In this document: one piece after another, positions 42,410 to 54,760 of the stretch
Numbering within the stretch: position 1 is the first letter of the stretch
Layout: each line of letters starts with the position of its first letter
From: an uncultured Acidobacteriota bacterium
GTDB taxonomy: Bacteria > Acidobacteriota > Thermoanaerobaculia > UBA5066 > Gp7-AA6
DNA: 64,000 nucleotides
Assembly: GCA_963810205.1 (NCBI GenBank)
Contig: CAWEMP010000018.1
Coordinates: 169,001-233,000, forward strand
Direction: 5' to 3'
Translations under genes and position numbers: made by a program
Notes under the pieces: generated by a model
Seen by the model: the letters and a program-made list of their open reading frames with translations, nothing else
The model's database searches: none
Told to the model about the DNA's origin: nothing

Positions 42410-45098
42410 CGCTCGCCGCCGGTCGCGCCTGGGCCCCTACGAGATCCTGTCGCCGCTCGGCGCCGGCGGGATGGGGGAGGTCTACAAGGCGCGGGACACG
42501 CGGCTCGAGCGGACGGTGGCGGTCAAGGTGCTGCCGTCGCACCTGTCGGCGTCCCCGGAAGTGCGCCAGCGCTTCGAGCGGGAGGCGAAGACGATCTCGC
42601 AGCTCTCGCATCCGCACATCTGCGCGCTCTACGACGTGGGGCGCGAGGGCGAGACCGAGTACCTCGTCATGGAGCTCCTCGAGGGCGAGACGCTGTCGGA
42701 GCGGCTGGCGAAGGGGGCGCTGCCGCTCGAGCAGACGCTGCGGTACGGCATGGAGATCGCCGACGCGCTGGACAAGGCGCACCGGCAGGGGATCGTGCAC
42801 CGGGACCTGAAGCCCGGCAACGTGATGCTGACGAAGTCGGGTGTGAAGCTGCTCGACTTCGGCCTGGCCAAGGCGATGGCGCCGGCGAGCGCGGCAGTCG
42901 AGCCTGACGTCGCTGCCGACGCAGCAGGGCCTGACGCAGGAAGGCACGATCCTCGGGACGTTCCAGTACATGGCGCCGGAGCAGCTCGAAGGCAAGGACG
43001 CCGACGCGCGGACGGACATCTTCGCGTTCGGGCGCGTGCTCTACGAGATGGCGACGGGAAAGAAGGCGTTCTCGGCGTCGAGCCAGGCGTCCTTGATCAC
43101 GGCGATCATGTCGAGCGAGCCGGCGCCGATCTCGTCCGTCCAGCCGATGTCGCCGCCGGCGCTCGACCGGGTCGTGAAGACCTGCCTCGCCAAGGATCCC
43201 GAGGACCGCTGGCAGATCGGCCGGCGACGTGGCCAAGGAGCTCAAGTGGATCGCCGAGGGCTCCGCGGCCGGTGTCGCGGCGCCGGTGGCGCTCGCCTCC
43301 CGCCGCCGGAATCGCGAGCGAATCGCCTGGGGCGCCTTCGGCGTCGCCGCACTGGCGGCGGCCGCCCTCGGGATCGGCCTCCTCCGCCGGCCGACGGCTC
43401 CGGCGCGCATCGTCCGGTTCGAGGTCGTCCCCACCGACGAGTCGCCCTACCGCGATGTGCAGGGCAGGATCTCGACATGGCGCCCGCCGTGTCTCCCGAT
43501 GGCCGACTCCTCGTGTTCAAGGCGGCGGACAGGGACCGAAAGACTGTCCCTGTGGGCTCGCCCTCTCGACGGTCTTCGGGCTCGGCCCCTGCCGGGAACC
43601 GAGGACGGTGATCTACCCCTTCTGGTCTCCGGACAGCCGTCTCCATCGGCTTCTTCGCCGACGGAAAGCTGAAGCGCATGGACGCTTCGGGAGGTCCCGT
43701 CCAGGTGCTCTGCGACGCGGAGGCGGGGCGCGGCGGGACATGGAGTCGTGACGGCGTCATCCTGTTCTCTCCCTCCGCCGGGAGTCCCATCCACCGCGTG
43801 ACCGCCTCCGGTGGCAAGCCCGAGCCGGTGCTCGCGTTCGACAGCGCCCACGGCGAGGACAGCCAGCGCTGGCCTCACTTTCTGCCCGACGGGCGGCACT
43901 TCCTGTACTTCTCCTATCTCGGCGCCAACCCGGAATCGAAGAACCAGAACGGCGGCATCCGCGTGGGCTCGCTCGACTCGAAGGAGGTGCGGGTCGTGGT
44001 GCCCGAGGCTTCGAATCCGGTCTACGCGGAGCCGGGCTACGTGCTCTTCGCGCGCGACGGAAACCTGCTCGCCCAGCGATTCGATGCGAAAGCGCTCCGA
44101 GCCTCGGGCGAGCCGATTCCGGTCGCTCAGGGCGTCGCCGTCATGGGCCCTCGGAAGTTCGGCTACTTTTCCGTCTCGGCGACCGGCGTTCTCGCTTACG
44201 GCCGGGCCGTGACCTTTCCCTCGAGGCTTCTCTGGTTCGACCGGCAGGGCCGGCAGGTGGGCGCGGTGGGGGAGGCCGGGGGCTACATCGGCCTGCGTCT
44301 CTCGTCCGACGGACGCAGGCTGGCCCTCGTGCGTCCGGGGAGCCGACGGCCAGAGCAGGAACGTCTGGATCTACGATCTCGTCCGGGGCTCGAAGGCACG
44401 GCTCGCGTCCGGAGGGCGACTCGAACGACGGTAGCGCCGTCTTGTCCCCCGATGGCTCCCGCATCGCCTTCAGCTCGATCCGCGGCGGCCCTCCGCGTCT
44501 CTTCGTGCGGTCGGTCGGCGGCGGGCCCGAGGAAGCCCTGCTCAAGACGAAGGACGCCGAGATCCCCGTCGATTGGTCCCCGGACGGACGCCTGATCGCG
44601 TACGTCGCCCCGGACGCGTCATCGAACTGGGACCTCTGGATCGTCCCGCTGCAAGGAGACCGCAAGCCTTTCCCCTTCGCCAAGACCAGCGCCATGGAAA
44701 CGCACGCCAAGTTTTCGCCGGACGGACGCTGGATCGCGACCGTCGCGGACGAAGCCGGAAAGGAAGAGGTCTACGTCGCGCCATTCCCGGGGCCCGGGGA
44801 GAGGGTGCAGGTCTCGACGGCCGGCGGCACGACTCCGCGCTGGCGAGGAGACGGGAAGGAGCTCTACTACCTTGCACCCGACCGAAAGCTGATGGCTGTC
44901 CCGATCCAGACCGGTGGGGCGCTCGAGGCCGGGATTCCGACCCCGCTCTTCGAGACGCGCGGGGACATCGGCGCCTCCGGATACGACGTGACGCGAGACG
45001 GGCAGCGGTTTCTCGTCATCACGCCCGTTCGCGAGGACGCCGCGCTGCCGATCGCGGTGGTCTTGAACTGGACTTCGGTCCTCGAGAAGGCGAAGTGA
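42406..45098 (+). pseudogene. Ser/Thr protein kinase with PD40/TolB-like beta-propeller ectodomain (K11, subfamily I), several frameshifts
   Basis: GTG 42406 (VTLAAG..) with one nt missing near 42424. The kinase domain in ORF 42261..43751 is about 95 percent identical in protein sequence to K10 and K12. Propeller pieces are in ORFs 42970.., 43229.., 43678..44595 and 44442..45098. The C-terminus is [10 protein letters not shown]. Confidence 0.82.
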
Positions 45099-47767
45099 CG
45101 CTGTCGGCCGGCTCGCGCCTCGGTCCCTACGAGATCCTGTCGCCTCTGGGCGCGGGCGGGATGGGGGAGGTCTACAAGGCGCGGGACACGCGGCTGGAGC
45201 GGACGGTGGCGGTGAAGGTGCTGCCGTCGCACATGTCGGCGTCTCCGGAAGTGCGCCAGCGGTTCGAGCGGGAGGCGAAGACGATTTCGCAGCTCTCGCA
45301 TCCTCACATCTGCGCGCTGTACGACGTGGGGCGCGAGGGCGAGACGCGAGTACCTGGTAATGGAGCTGCTCGAGGGCGAGACGCTGTCGGATCGTCTGGC
45401 GAAAGGGCCGCTGCCGCTCGAGCAGACGCTTGCGGTACGGACATCGAGATCGCGGACGCGCTGGACAAGGCGCACCGGCAGGGGATCGTGCACCGGGACC
45501 TGAAGCCCGGCAACGTGATGCTGACGAAGTCGGGCGTGAAGCTGCTCGACTTCGGGCTGGCGAAGGCGATGGCGCCGCGCGACGCCGCAGTCGAGCCTGA
45601 CGTCACTCCCGACGCAGCAGGGTCTGACGCAGGAAGGGACGATCCTCGGGACGTTCCAGTACATGGCGCCGGAGCAGCTCGAGGGCAAGGACGCCGACGG
45701 GCGGACGGACATCTTCGCGTTCGGCGCGGTCTTGTACGAGATGGCGACGGGGAGGAAGGCGTTCTCGGCGGCGAGCCAGGCGTCATTGATCACGGCGATC
45801 ATGTCGCTCGGACCCGCCGTCGATCTCGGCGGTGCAGCCGATGTCGCCGCCGGCACTCGACCGGGTCGTGAAGAAGTGCCTGGCCAAGGATCCGGAGGAC
45901 CGCTGGCAGAACGCGGCGGACCTCGGCAGCGAGCTGAAGTGGATCGGCGAGTCCGGCTCGCAGGCCGGGGTGGCCGCGCCGGCCGTTTCTCGCCGCAGGA
46001 ATCGCGAGCGGCTCGCGTGGGGTGTGGCGATCCTCGCGCTGCTCGCGGCCGGGGCCGCCGTGCTTCGCCACGGGCGCGGGCCGACGGCGTTTGCGATTCC
46101 GATGCGCTCCTCGATCATTCTGACGGACAAGTCGGCCTTGCGCAGCATCGCCCTTTCGCCAGACGGGACCAGGCTCGCCTTCGTCGCGAGGGATTCCGCC
46201 GGCAAGAACCTGCTCTGGATCCGGCCTCTGGATTCGTTGGCCGCGCAGCCCCTCCCGGGCACGGAGAATCCGTCGTTTCCGTTCTGGTCGCCCGACGGCC
46301 GCTCTTCTGGGTTTCTTCGCGGACGGAAAGCTCAAGAGGATCGACGCCTCGGGTGGGCCGCCCCAGACGCTCTGCGACGCGCCGGTTCCTCGCGGCGGGA
46401 GCTGGAGCCGGGAAGGCGTGATCCTCTTCTCGCCCGTCGTCGATGGTCCGCTCTATCGCGTCCCGGCGTCCGGCGGGCGCGCGACGGCCGTGACACGACT
46501 CGACAAGACACGGGGTGAGAGCTCTCATCGGTGGCCGTACTTCCTGCCCGACGGGCGTCACTTCCTCTACCTGGTCGCCAGCTTCGGGTCCGGGGCCGAG
46601 CGGGAGAAGATGGGGATCTACGTCCGGTCGCTCGACTCGAGCGAGGAAAGACTCATCGTGGCCGCAAAGTCGACCCTGGCGTACGCCGCGCCCGGGTTCG
46701 TGCTCTTCAGGCGCGAGCAGCATCTGGTCGCACAACCCTTCGACGCGCGGAAGCCTTCGAATCACGGGTGATCCCTTTCTGGTGGCCGAGAACATCCAGT
46801 ACTTTCCTCAGACGTTCGGGGCGCTCTTCTCCGTTTCCGCAAACGGCCTGCTGGTCTATCAGGCGGAATCGAGCTCGGTCCTTTCGCGGCTGCTCTGGCT
46901 GGATCGAAGCGGCCGGGAGGTCGGTTCCGTGGGCACGGAGGGTGACCTGGCCAATCCGCGCATTTCGCCCGACGGAACGAGGGTCGCCCTGGACATCACG
47001 GATCATCAGTCGGGAAACTTGGACGTCTGGATCTACCAATCTTCGGCGGCGTCGCGACGCGCTTCACGTCGGATCCGGCGCTCGACGCCGGGCCAATCTG
47101 GTCGCCCGACGGGCAGCGAATCGCTTTCATGTCTCTGCGCCGAGGCCATCCGGACATCTATCAGAGGAGCTCGAGCGGGGTCGGCGCGAGGAGCCGGTTC
47201 TCGCGTCGGACAGAACGAAGTACGTGACCGACTGGTCGCCGGATGGGCGGTTCATCCTGTATCGCGCCGTCGATGCGACGACGAATCTCGAGTTGTGGGC
47301 GCTGCCGGTCGGCGGCGGCGGCAAGCCCATCCCGTTTCTCAAGGCGTCGTTCGGCGTGAGCCAGGGCCAGTTCTCGCCGGACGGGCGATGGGTCGCGTAC
47401 GCGTCGAACGAGTCGGGGAAGTGGGAGATCGCCGTCGCGCCCTTTCCGGGACCGGGCGGCAACTGGAAGGTCTCCACGGCCGGAGGCACCGAGCCCCGAT
47501 GGCGGCGTGACGGAAAGGAGCTCTACTACCTCGCTCCCGACGGCAAACTGATGGCGGTGGACGTGAAGACCGGACCGACCTTCGAAGCGGGTGTCGCGAC
47601 GGCCGCTGTTCCCGGTCCGCCGCCGCGAGCCCGTGTCCGCCACCGACATGTTCAGCTACGACGTGTCCGCCGACGGCCAGCGCTTCCTGGTCAGTGACGG
47701 ATGCGGGTGAGGTGACCACGTCGCCCCTGACCGCCATCGTCAACTGGGCGCCGGGCTGAAGAAGTAG
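45095..47767 (+). pseudogene. Ser/Thr protein kinase with PD40/TolB-like beta-propeller ectodomain (K12, subfamily I), several frameshifts
   Basis: GTG 45095 overlaps the K11 stop (GTGA). The N-terminus is [31 protein letters not shown]. Pieces are in ORFs 44573.., 45663.., 45832.., 46418.. and 46531..47697. The C-terminus NWAPG(L)KK is broken by a last 1-nt gap before TAG 47765-47767. Confidence 0.82.
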
Positions 47768-47820
47768 AAGACGCTCGCCGCGCTGCTGACGAACGGAACC
47801 GCGGAACGGGAGAAGAAACA

Positions 47821-49265
47821 ATGAAGATTCCTCCATCGACTGGCAGGGGTGATCGTGATCGCGGCGATCGACGACAGCGGCAGCGGCGCAGGATTCCGTC
47901 GACCGCCCGCATCGCCGGCGCCGCGATGACGAGCGGCGGCGCGTCGGCGTTTCTCGAGAAGCTGACCGACTACGGTCGGCGGCCGCGTGACGGGAAGCCG
48001 CGGAGCTGCGCGGGCGGCCTCGGAGCTCATCCTCGCGGCGTTGAAGGACGCCGGATACGCCAACGCGCGCTTCGAGGAGTACCCGCTCGAGTCGCGCTGG
48101 ACACGCGGGCCGGCCAGCGGAAGGATCACGTCTCCGATCGACCGGGCGATCACGGTCGGGTCGTACGCCTGGGTGCCGGGCACGGCGGGGACGATCGCCG
48201 CGCCGCTCGTCGACATCGGCGCGCCGGCGTCGAATGCGCTTCCGGTCCCGGCCGACCGAGTGCGCGGCGCCGCGGTGCTCGTCGATCCGCAGAAGGTCGG
48301 CGTCGATCCGTCGTTCGTGGCGCGCGCGGCCCTGGCGCACGCCGCTCGCCGACGCCGGTGCGGCGGCGATGCTGATCCCGTCGGACAAGCCCGGCCGGAT
48401 GGTCTACACGTCGGCGTTCGGCTTCTATCCCGAAGGCGCCGCTGCCGGTCATCTCGGTCGCGAAGCCGGACGCGCTGCTCCTGCGGCGGCTGCTCGCGAA
48501 GGGCCCGGTGAAGCTCTCGCTCGACGTGCGCAACACGTTCGACACGAGCCCGTACCTCGAGCGCAACGTGATCGCGGACCTGCCGGGGCAAGGACGCCGT
48601 CCGAGGTCGTCCTCATCGGAGCGCACTACGACTCCTGGGACCCCGCCGAGGGCGCCGACGACGACGGCTCGGGCGTGGCGGCGGTGCTCGAGGCGGCGCG
48701 GATCCTGAAGACGCTCGGCGTGACGCCGAAGCGGACGATCCGGTTCGCCTTCTTCTCGGGCGAGGAGGAGGCCACGCTCGGCTCGCGCGCCTACGTCGTC
48801 GCGCATGAGAAGGAGCTCGACTGCGCTCAAGGCCGTCCTGGTCATGGACTCGGGCGCGCAGGCGCCGAAGGGCGTCGAGCTCCACGGGCGGGCGGACCTC
48901 GAAGCCGCCGATGAAGAAGGCGCTCGCGCCGCTCGCGTCCTTCGGCGCGACGGCGACGACGCTCGAGGCCAGCTTCGACCGCGACCACGGGCCCTTCATG
49001 GTGGTGGGCGTGCCCGCCATGACGCTCTGGGTCGAGCCGGGAACCTACGACGAGCGCCACCACACCGTCATCGATACGTTCGACGGGGTCGACCCGCGCT
49101 GGCTCGCCGTCGACACGGCGGTGATGGCGATCCTGGCCTGGGAGCTGGCGAATGCGCCCGGAACCGGTCGGCCGGCGCCTCTCTCCGACGGAGGCCGAGG
49201 CGCTCCTGAAGAGCTCCGGCGTCGAGGGCACCAAGCGCATGGTCTACGCCGGCTCGCCGCGCTGA
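47821..49265 (+). pseudogene. M28-family aminopeptidase with PA domain, several frameshifts
   Basis: ATG 47821 follows GGAGAAG. Pieces in three frames (ORFs 47987.., 48234.., 48508.., 48911..) give ..NVIADLPG..VVLIGAHYDSWDPAEGADDDGSGVAAVLEAARIL..IRFAFFSGEEEATLGSRAYV..FDRDHGPF. This is the M28 zinc-ligand pattern (H/D..D..EE..H). Confidence 0.7.
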
Positions 49266-49327
49266 CGGCGCGCGGCCGGGAGTCTCGCGCGGCGCGACAG
49301 GACCGGAAAGGAGAACCGTTGGACGGA

Positions 49328-49841
49328 ATGACAGCGAATTCACGATCCTGGAAGAGGCGCTCGAGGCCTGGGGCTACGCGAGGCAGGGAGTCATCGACGA
49401 GCTCCGGAACATCCCGGAAAAGGACATCGGGTACCGACCGACGCCCGGAGAGCCGGACGGTCGCCGAGCTCGCGCGCCACATCATCGAGTCGGGGCTGCT
49501 GATGTCCGGCGAGCTCTCGCGCGAGGACGGCGACTTCCGGCGCAAGAGCTACGAGGCGCTTCTGCGGGAGCACGGCCGCGGCGTGTCGCGCCTGGCGACG
49601 CGCCGAGCCCTGCTCGACGGCGCTCGCGCGAAGTCACCGCGACGGCGAGCGCGCTCTCCGGAAGGCGGGGGAGCTGCACATCCTGCAGTTCATCCGGCGC
49701 TTCGACGGGAAGCTGGGGACGCGCCTCGCCTGGATGCAGCACGGGATCGCCCACGAGGAGTATCATCGCGGCCAACTGGCGCTGTACGCGCGACTGCTGG
49801 GGCGGGTGCCGGCCCTGACGCAACTGATCTACGGAGGCTGA
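49328..49841 (+). pseudogene. DinB-superfamily protein, about three frameshifts
   Basis: ATG 49328 lies 14 nt after AAGGAG. Pieces EFTILEEALEAWGYARQGVIDELRNIPEKDIGYRP, TVAELARHIIESG and WMQHGIAHEEYHRGQLALYARLLG (the DinB His-triad context) are in different frames. The stop is TGA 49839-49841. Confidence 0.6.
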
Positions 49842-49877
49842 CGATGAAGGACCCGGACCCTGTTTTCGACTGTCGTT

Positions 49878-50522
49878 GTGGTGGCGACGGCCGTCGCGGC
49901 CGCGCTCGCCCAGGTCCAGACCAAGGAGTCGCAGATGTCCATGACCCCGGCCCAGGCGCTCCAGCGCCTCAAGGAGGGCAATGCCCGGTTCGTGTCCGGT
50001 AAGCCGCTGGCCCGCGACTGGAACGCCAAGGTGATCGCGACCTCGTCGGGGCAGTTTCCCTACGCCGCCGTCGTCTCCTGCATGGACTCGCGGGCGCCCG
50101 TCGAGATCCTCCTCGACCAGGGGATCGGCGACGTGTTCGTCCTGCGCTCGGCCGGCAACGTCGTCGACACCGACGTGCTCGGCGGCCTGGAGTTCGCGAC
50201 GAAAGTGACGGGCGCGCACCTCGTGCTCGTGCTCGGGCACACCGAGTGCGGAGCGGTCAAGGGCGCCATCGACGGCGTCAAGCTCGGGAACCTGACCGCC
50301 GTGCTCGCGAAGATCCAGTCGGCCGTCCGCGATTCGGGCCCGGGCACCTCGAAGGACAAGGCCTACGTCACGAAGGTGACGGAGCAGAACGTTCGCGACT
50401 CGATCCACGAGATCAAGGCGCGCAGTTCGATCCTCCGCGAGCAGATCGACTCGGGCAAGGTCGCCATCGCCGGCGCCATCTACGACGTGGCCACCGGCAC
50501 GGTGACCTTCCTGGCGGACTAG
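49878..50522 (+). CDS. beta-class carbonic anhydrase
   Basis: ORF with SCMDSR (CxDxR) and GHTECGAV (HxxC) zinc-ligand motifs. A better signal peptide, MK..RTRTLFSTVVVVATAVAAALA, would start at ATG 49844, but reaching it needs a 1-nt frame correction, so the 5' end is uncertain. Confidence 0.85.
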   Translation: MVATAVAAALAQVQTKESQMSMTPAQALQRLKEGNARFVSGKPLARDWNAKVIATSSGQFPYAAVVSCMDSRAPVEILLDQGIGDVFVLRSAGNVVDTDVLGGLEFATKVTGAHLVLVLGHTECGAVKGAIDGVKLGNLTAVLAKIQSAVRDSGPGTSKDKAYVTKVTEQNVRDSIHEIKARSSILREQIDSGKVAIAGAIYDVATGTVTFLAD

Positions 50523-50612
50523 TCGGACTCGTCGTCCGCCGACGCCCTTCGTGACGGCGCCTTCCGGCGCCGCCGCGAGGGGCCGCTGACCCGATATAGG
50601 CTTTCCGGCGAC

Positions 50613-52901
50613 GTGACGCTCACGGCGCGATCGCTCGGGCCCTACGAGATCCTCGGCTCGCTCGGAGCGGGCGGGATGGGCGAGGTCTATCGGGCGCGCG
50701 ACCCGCGGCTCGAGCGCGAAGTCGCGGTCAAGGTCCTGCGGGGCCTTTCGGGCGGCAGCCCGGACGCCATCGCCCGATTCCAGCGCGAGGCCCGGGCGGT
50801 CGCGGCGCTCTCGCACCCGAACATCCTGGCGATCCACGACATCGGCGAGTCGAACGGCGTCGCCTACGCCGTCATGGAGCTTCTCGAAGGGGAGACGCTC
50901 CGCGGACGGCTCGCCGCGTCCGCGATCCCGGCCCGCAAGTCCGTCGAGTACGCGCTTCAGATCGCGCAGGGCCTCGCCGCGGCCCACGACCGCGGGATCG
51001 TCCACCGGGACCTGAAGCCCGAAAATCTCTTCCTCACGCGAGACGGCCTCGTCAAGATCCTCGACTTCGGCCTGGCGGTGCTGTCGACGCCGTCGGCTTC
51101 GGCCGACCTCTCGCAGTCGCCGACGGCGGGCACCCAGCCCGGGGTGGTTCTCGGCACGCCGGGTTACATGTCGCCCGAGCAGGTTCGCGGCCGTCCGATC
51201 GATCACCGCACGGACCTCTTCGCGCTGGGGGCGATCCTCTACGAGATGCTGACGGCCCGGCGGGCCTTCCGTGGCGACAGTCCGGCCGAGGCCATGATCG
51301 CGGTCCTGCAGGAGGACCCGATGTCCTCTCCGACGGGCACGCAGATCGCTCCCGACCTCGCGCGGATCATCTCCCACTGTCTCGAGAAGGAGCCCGGGGA
51401 GCGGTTCCAGAACGCCCGCGACTTCGCCTTCGCCCTCGAGGCGCTCCAGGTCGAGCCGTCCGCTCCCAGCGCGCCCTCGATCACGGCCTCCGGGCCCGCG
51501 GAAACCTCGATCGCCGTGCTGCCGTTTCGCAACATGAGCGCGGACCGGGACGCCGAGTATTTCAGCGACGGCATCACCGAGGAGATCATCAACGCCCTGA
51601 CCGGCATTGCCCCCTTGCGCGTTGCCGCGCGCACGTCCTCGTTCGCCTACAAGGGAAAGGATACCGATGTCCGTCAGATCGGCCGCGAGCTCGGCGTCCG
51701 GGCGGTCCTCGAAGGCAGCGTGCGGCAGGCGGGGCGGCGGCTTCGGATCACGGCGCAGCTCGTCGACGTCGCCAGCGGGTACCACCTCTGGTCGGAGCGG
51801 TTCGACCGGGAGATGGAGGACGTCTTCGCCGTCCAGGACGAGATCGCGCGCGCGATCGCCGGGGCGCTCCACGTGAAGCTGATGGGAGCGGCGGACGCCC
51901 CCGTAGTGGTGCGCCCGACGCAGGACATCGAGGCCTACAACCTGTACCTCAAGGGCCGCTACAACCTGAACCTGCGCCGTCCGAAGCCGGCGATCGCGGA
52001 TCTCGAGGCGGCGATCGACCGCGACCACCGGTACGCCGCCGCGTACCTGGGCCTCACCGAGGCCTATTGCTTCTGGGGTTTCTACGGCGGCATCCCCACG
52101 TGGGAGGCCTACGGCCGGGCGCGCTGGGCAGCCGACCGGGCGCAGGAGCTCACGCCGGGCGCCCCGGAAGTGCATCTGTCACTGGGGCTCATCGAGCATT
52201 ACTTCGGCTGGGACGCGGCCCGCGAGGAGCGTGAGATTCGAACGGTCATCGAGAAGACCCCGCGTTCGACCGACGGCTACTTCTGGCTCGGCCTGTTCCT
52301 CGGCTGCGTGGGCCGGGCCCAGGAGTCGTTCGAAGCGACCCGGCATGGCCTGACCCTCGAGCCCCACAACGCCAACCTCCAGACCCAGCTCGGCTGGTGC
52401 TTCATGTACGGGCGCCGCTATGCGGAGGCGGTTACGGAGCTGCGCAAGGCTGCGGCGCTCGATCCCAACGCGGGGTTTCCAGCCTGGTCCCTCGGCATCG
52501 CCTGCCAGGAGTCGGGCGCCTACGACGAGGCCATCCGTGAGTTCGAGCGGGGCGTCGAGATCACGCAGGGCAATCACAGCCTCTACATCGGGCTGCTCGG
52601 AGGCGCGCTCGCCCGCGCCGGGCGGCGCGAGGACGCCGAGCGCGTGCTCGGCGAGCTCGAGCAGCGGGCGCGGCGCGAGTACGTGCCTCCTTTCGACCGG
52701 GCGGTGGTCCTGGCCCCGCTCGGCCGTGCGGACGAGGCCCTGGACGCCCTGGAGCGGGCGTACGAGGAGCGCAACGCCCTGCTGTGGTTCCGGATCCACT
52801 TTCCCGTGTTCGACCCCCTCCGATCGACTCCGCGCTGGAAGGCGCTCGCCGAGCGGCTGGCCCGCACGGCGCCGGTCCAGGATGCCGCGTTTCATGGTTA
52901 G
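50613..52901 (+). CDS. Ser/Thr protein kinase with TolB-N-like and TPR domains (K13, subfamily III kinase domain)
   Basis: GTG start and an intact 762 aa, with [32 protein letters not shown] and [41 protein letters not shown] follows (TolB N-terminal-like/CadC-like module). The C-terminal half is TPR-like helical repeats. No PD40 repeats. Confidence 0.88.
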   Translation: MTLTARSLGPYEILGSLGAGGMGEVYRARDPRLEREVAVKVLRGLSGGSPDAIARFQREARAVAALSHPNILAIHDIGESNGVAYAVMELLEGETLRGRLAASAIPARKSVEYALQIAQGLAAAHDRGIVHRDLKPENLFLTRDGLVKILDFGLAVLSTPSASADLSQSPTAGTQPGVVLGTPGYMSPEQVRGRPIDHRTDLFALGAILYEMLTARRAFRGDSPAEAMIAVLQEDPMSSPTGTQIAPDLARIISHCLEKEPGERFQNARDFAFALEALQVEPSAPSAPSITASGPAETSIAVLPFRNMSADRDAEYFSDGITEEIINALTGIAPLRVAARTSSFAYKGKDTDVRQIGRELGVRAVLEGSVRQAGRRLRITAQLVDVASGYHLWSERFDREMEDVFAVQDEIARAIAGALHVKLMGAADAPVVVRPTQDIEAYNLYLKGRYNLNLRRPKPAIADLEAAIDRDHRYAAAYLGLTEAYCFWGFYGGIPTWEAYGRARWAADRAQELTPGAPEVHLSLGLIEHYFGWDAAREEREIRTVIEKTPRSTDGYFWLGLFLGCVGRAQESFEATRHGLTLEPHNANLQTQLGWCFMYGRRYAEAVTELRKAAALDPNAGFPAWSLGIACQESGAYDEAIREFERGVEITQGNHSLYIGLLGGALARAGRREDAERVLGELEQRARREYVPPFDRAVVLAPLGRADEALDALERAYEERNALLWFRIHFPVFDPLRSTPRWKALAERLARTAPVQDAAFHG

Positions 52902-52932
52902 AATCTCTCTCGACCCGGGAAGGAGCACTGCC

Positions 52933-53397
52933 ATGTCCGCCGAGCCGTTGAGCCGCTGCGAGTTCGAGGCGAGCGATCTTCTCGTCAAGGTCGACATGAC
53001 CCTGCCGGCGGACGTCAACGCCATCTCGCCCGTCGTCGGGAAGGTGATGGAGATCGTCACGCAGATGGGCTGCGCCGCCGGCCGCGAGTTCGAGATCGAG
53101 CTGGCGTTGCGCGAGGCGCTCGCCAACGCGATCGAGCACGGCAGCGGCCACGACCCCTCCAAGCAGGTCGAGTGCTGCGTGGCCTGCGATCACGCGCGCG
53201 GCATGCTGATCGTCGTGCGGGACCCCGGCCCGGGATTCGACCCGGCTTCGATCCCGAGCCCGATCCTCGGCCAGAACCTCTTCTCGACGGGCGGCCGCGG
53301 GATCTACCTGATCAACCAGCTCATGGACGAGGTGAAGTTCGAGCGCGGCGGAACCGAGATCCATATGCGCACGAAGCCCCCGGCGCCGCCCGCGTAG
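52933..53397 (+). CDS. RsbW/SpoIIAB-like anti-sigma-factor-type HATPase protein
   Basis: ATG 52933 follows GGAAGGAG and opens 154 aa. ELALREALANAIEHG (N box) and VRDPGPGFDP..GGRGIYLINQLMDEV (G boxes) define a GHKL ATPase of the size of partner-switching anti-sigma kinases. Confidence 0.7.
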   Translation: MSAEPLSRCEFEASDLLVKVDMTLPADVNAISPVVGKVMEIVTQMGCAAGREFEIELALREALANAIEHGSGHDPSKQVECCVACDHARGMLIVVRDPGPGFDPASIPSPILGQNLFSTGGRGIYLINQLMDEVKFERGGTEIHMRTKPPAPPA

Positions 53398-53464
53398 ACG
53401 GGAGACTCAGCTCTTTCGCCAGCTCGTGCTCTCTCCCTTCGCCTGAATGCGCCATCCGTTCGCG

Positions 53465-54722
53465 CTAGATTTCGGCAGACCCTGCCGCGTCGGGCAGCGT
53501 CTGCTCCGTCTCCGTGTGACGCGAGGGCTCCGGCAGCTTCACGAAGATCGCCGCGGCGAGCGCCCCGAGCAGGAACGTCAGGCCCCAGAGCACGCGGGCG
53601 CCCGCCCGCTCGAGCACGACGGTCCCGGCCCAGGGCCCGACGCCGAAGGCGATCGAGAAGACCATCGTGTAGAGCCCGCTGTACTCCCCGCGGCGCGCGT
53701 CGGGCGCGATGTCCGTGGCGTAGGCGGCGGAGGCGGGAAAGAAGAGCATCTCGCCGAAGGTCCAGATGACGACCGTGCCGGCGAGCGACCAGAAGTCCCG
53801 CGCGAACGCCATGGCCCCGAATCCGGCGCCCGAGAGGATGGCGCCGAGGGCGAGGGTTCGACGGTGGGACCAGTGGGCCGTCGCGACGTTCAACGGGATC
53901 TCGAGGACGACGATGATGAGGCAGTTGAGCGAGAAGAGCAGGCCGAAAGTGCGCGGCGTGAAGCCGAGGTTGTCGACGATGAAGAGCGGCATCGAGGAGA
54001 TGTGCTGGAAGAAGATGACCGTGACCGGCAGCACCCCGGCGAGGAAGAACAGGAAGCGCGGGTCCAGGTGGGCGGCGGTCGAGAGGCGCAGGCGGGTCGC
54101 CGTCGACGGGGCCGGCGTTCCGGCGGCGTAGAAGCGCTTCTTCTTCTTTCCCGTTCGGCAGGGCCACGGCGGCGAGGACGAGGCCGGCCGCGATCGACGT
54201 CGCGCCGTCGACGAAGAAGAGGTACTTGAAGGCGATCGTCGCGAGGATCCCGCCGACCGCCGGCCCGATCGCCATGCCGAGATTGATCGCGAGACGGTAC
54301 ACGGCGAACGCGGACTTGCGGCGGGACGGCTCGACCGTCTCGGCGAAGAACGACATCGCCGCGGGCCGGAAGGCCTCGGTGAGAACCGCCAGCGCGATCG
54401 TCACGATGGCGATCGCCGCCGTTCCGTGCGCGAAGGGGTACACGAGGAGCATTCCGCCCGAGAGAAAGAGGGATGCGCGCATCAGCGGGACGGAGCCCCA
54501 GCGGTCGGCGAGCCGCCCGGCGAGCGGGCCGCACACGATCGCCCCCAGGCCGTACAGAAAGAGGACGAATCCCGCGTGCTCCGCCGAGAAGCCCCGCTCG
54601 CGCGTCAGGTACAGGACCAGGAAGGAGAGGACCATCGAGCCCGCGCGGTTGACGAGCTGCGACCCGGCCACGACCCACACCGGCCGCGGCAGGAACCTCA
54701 GGTCTTTCCAATACTTCAGCAC
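53465..54722 (-). pseudogene. MFS transporter, frameshift(s) near 54040-54130
   Basis: The N-terminal half comes from ATG 54722 (MLKYWKDLRFLPRPVWVVAGSQLVNRAGSMVLSFLVLYL..GPLAGRLADRWG). The C-terminal half is ORF 53465..54034 in another frame. Together they give about 12 hydrophobic helices. Confidence 0.7.
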
Positions 54723-54760
54723 GGGCGCTCGGAGTGTTTACGAGCCGCGCCGGGTCCGGG

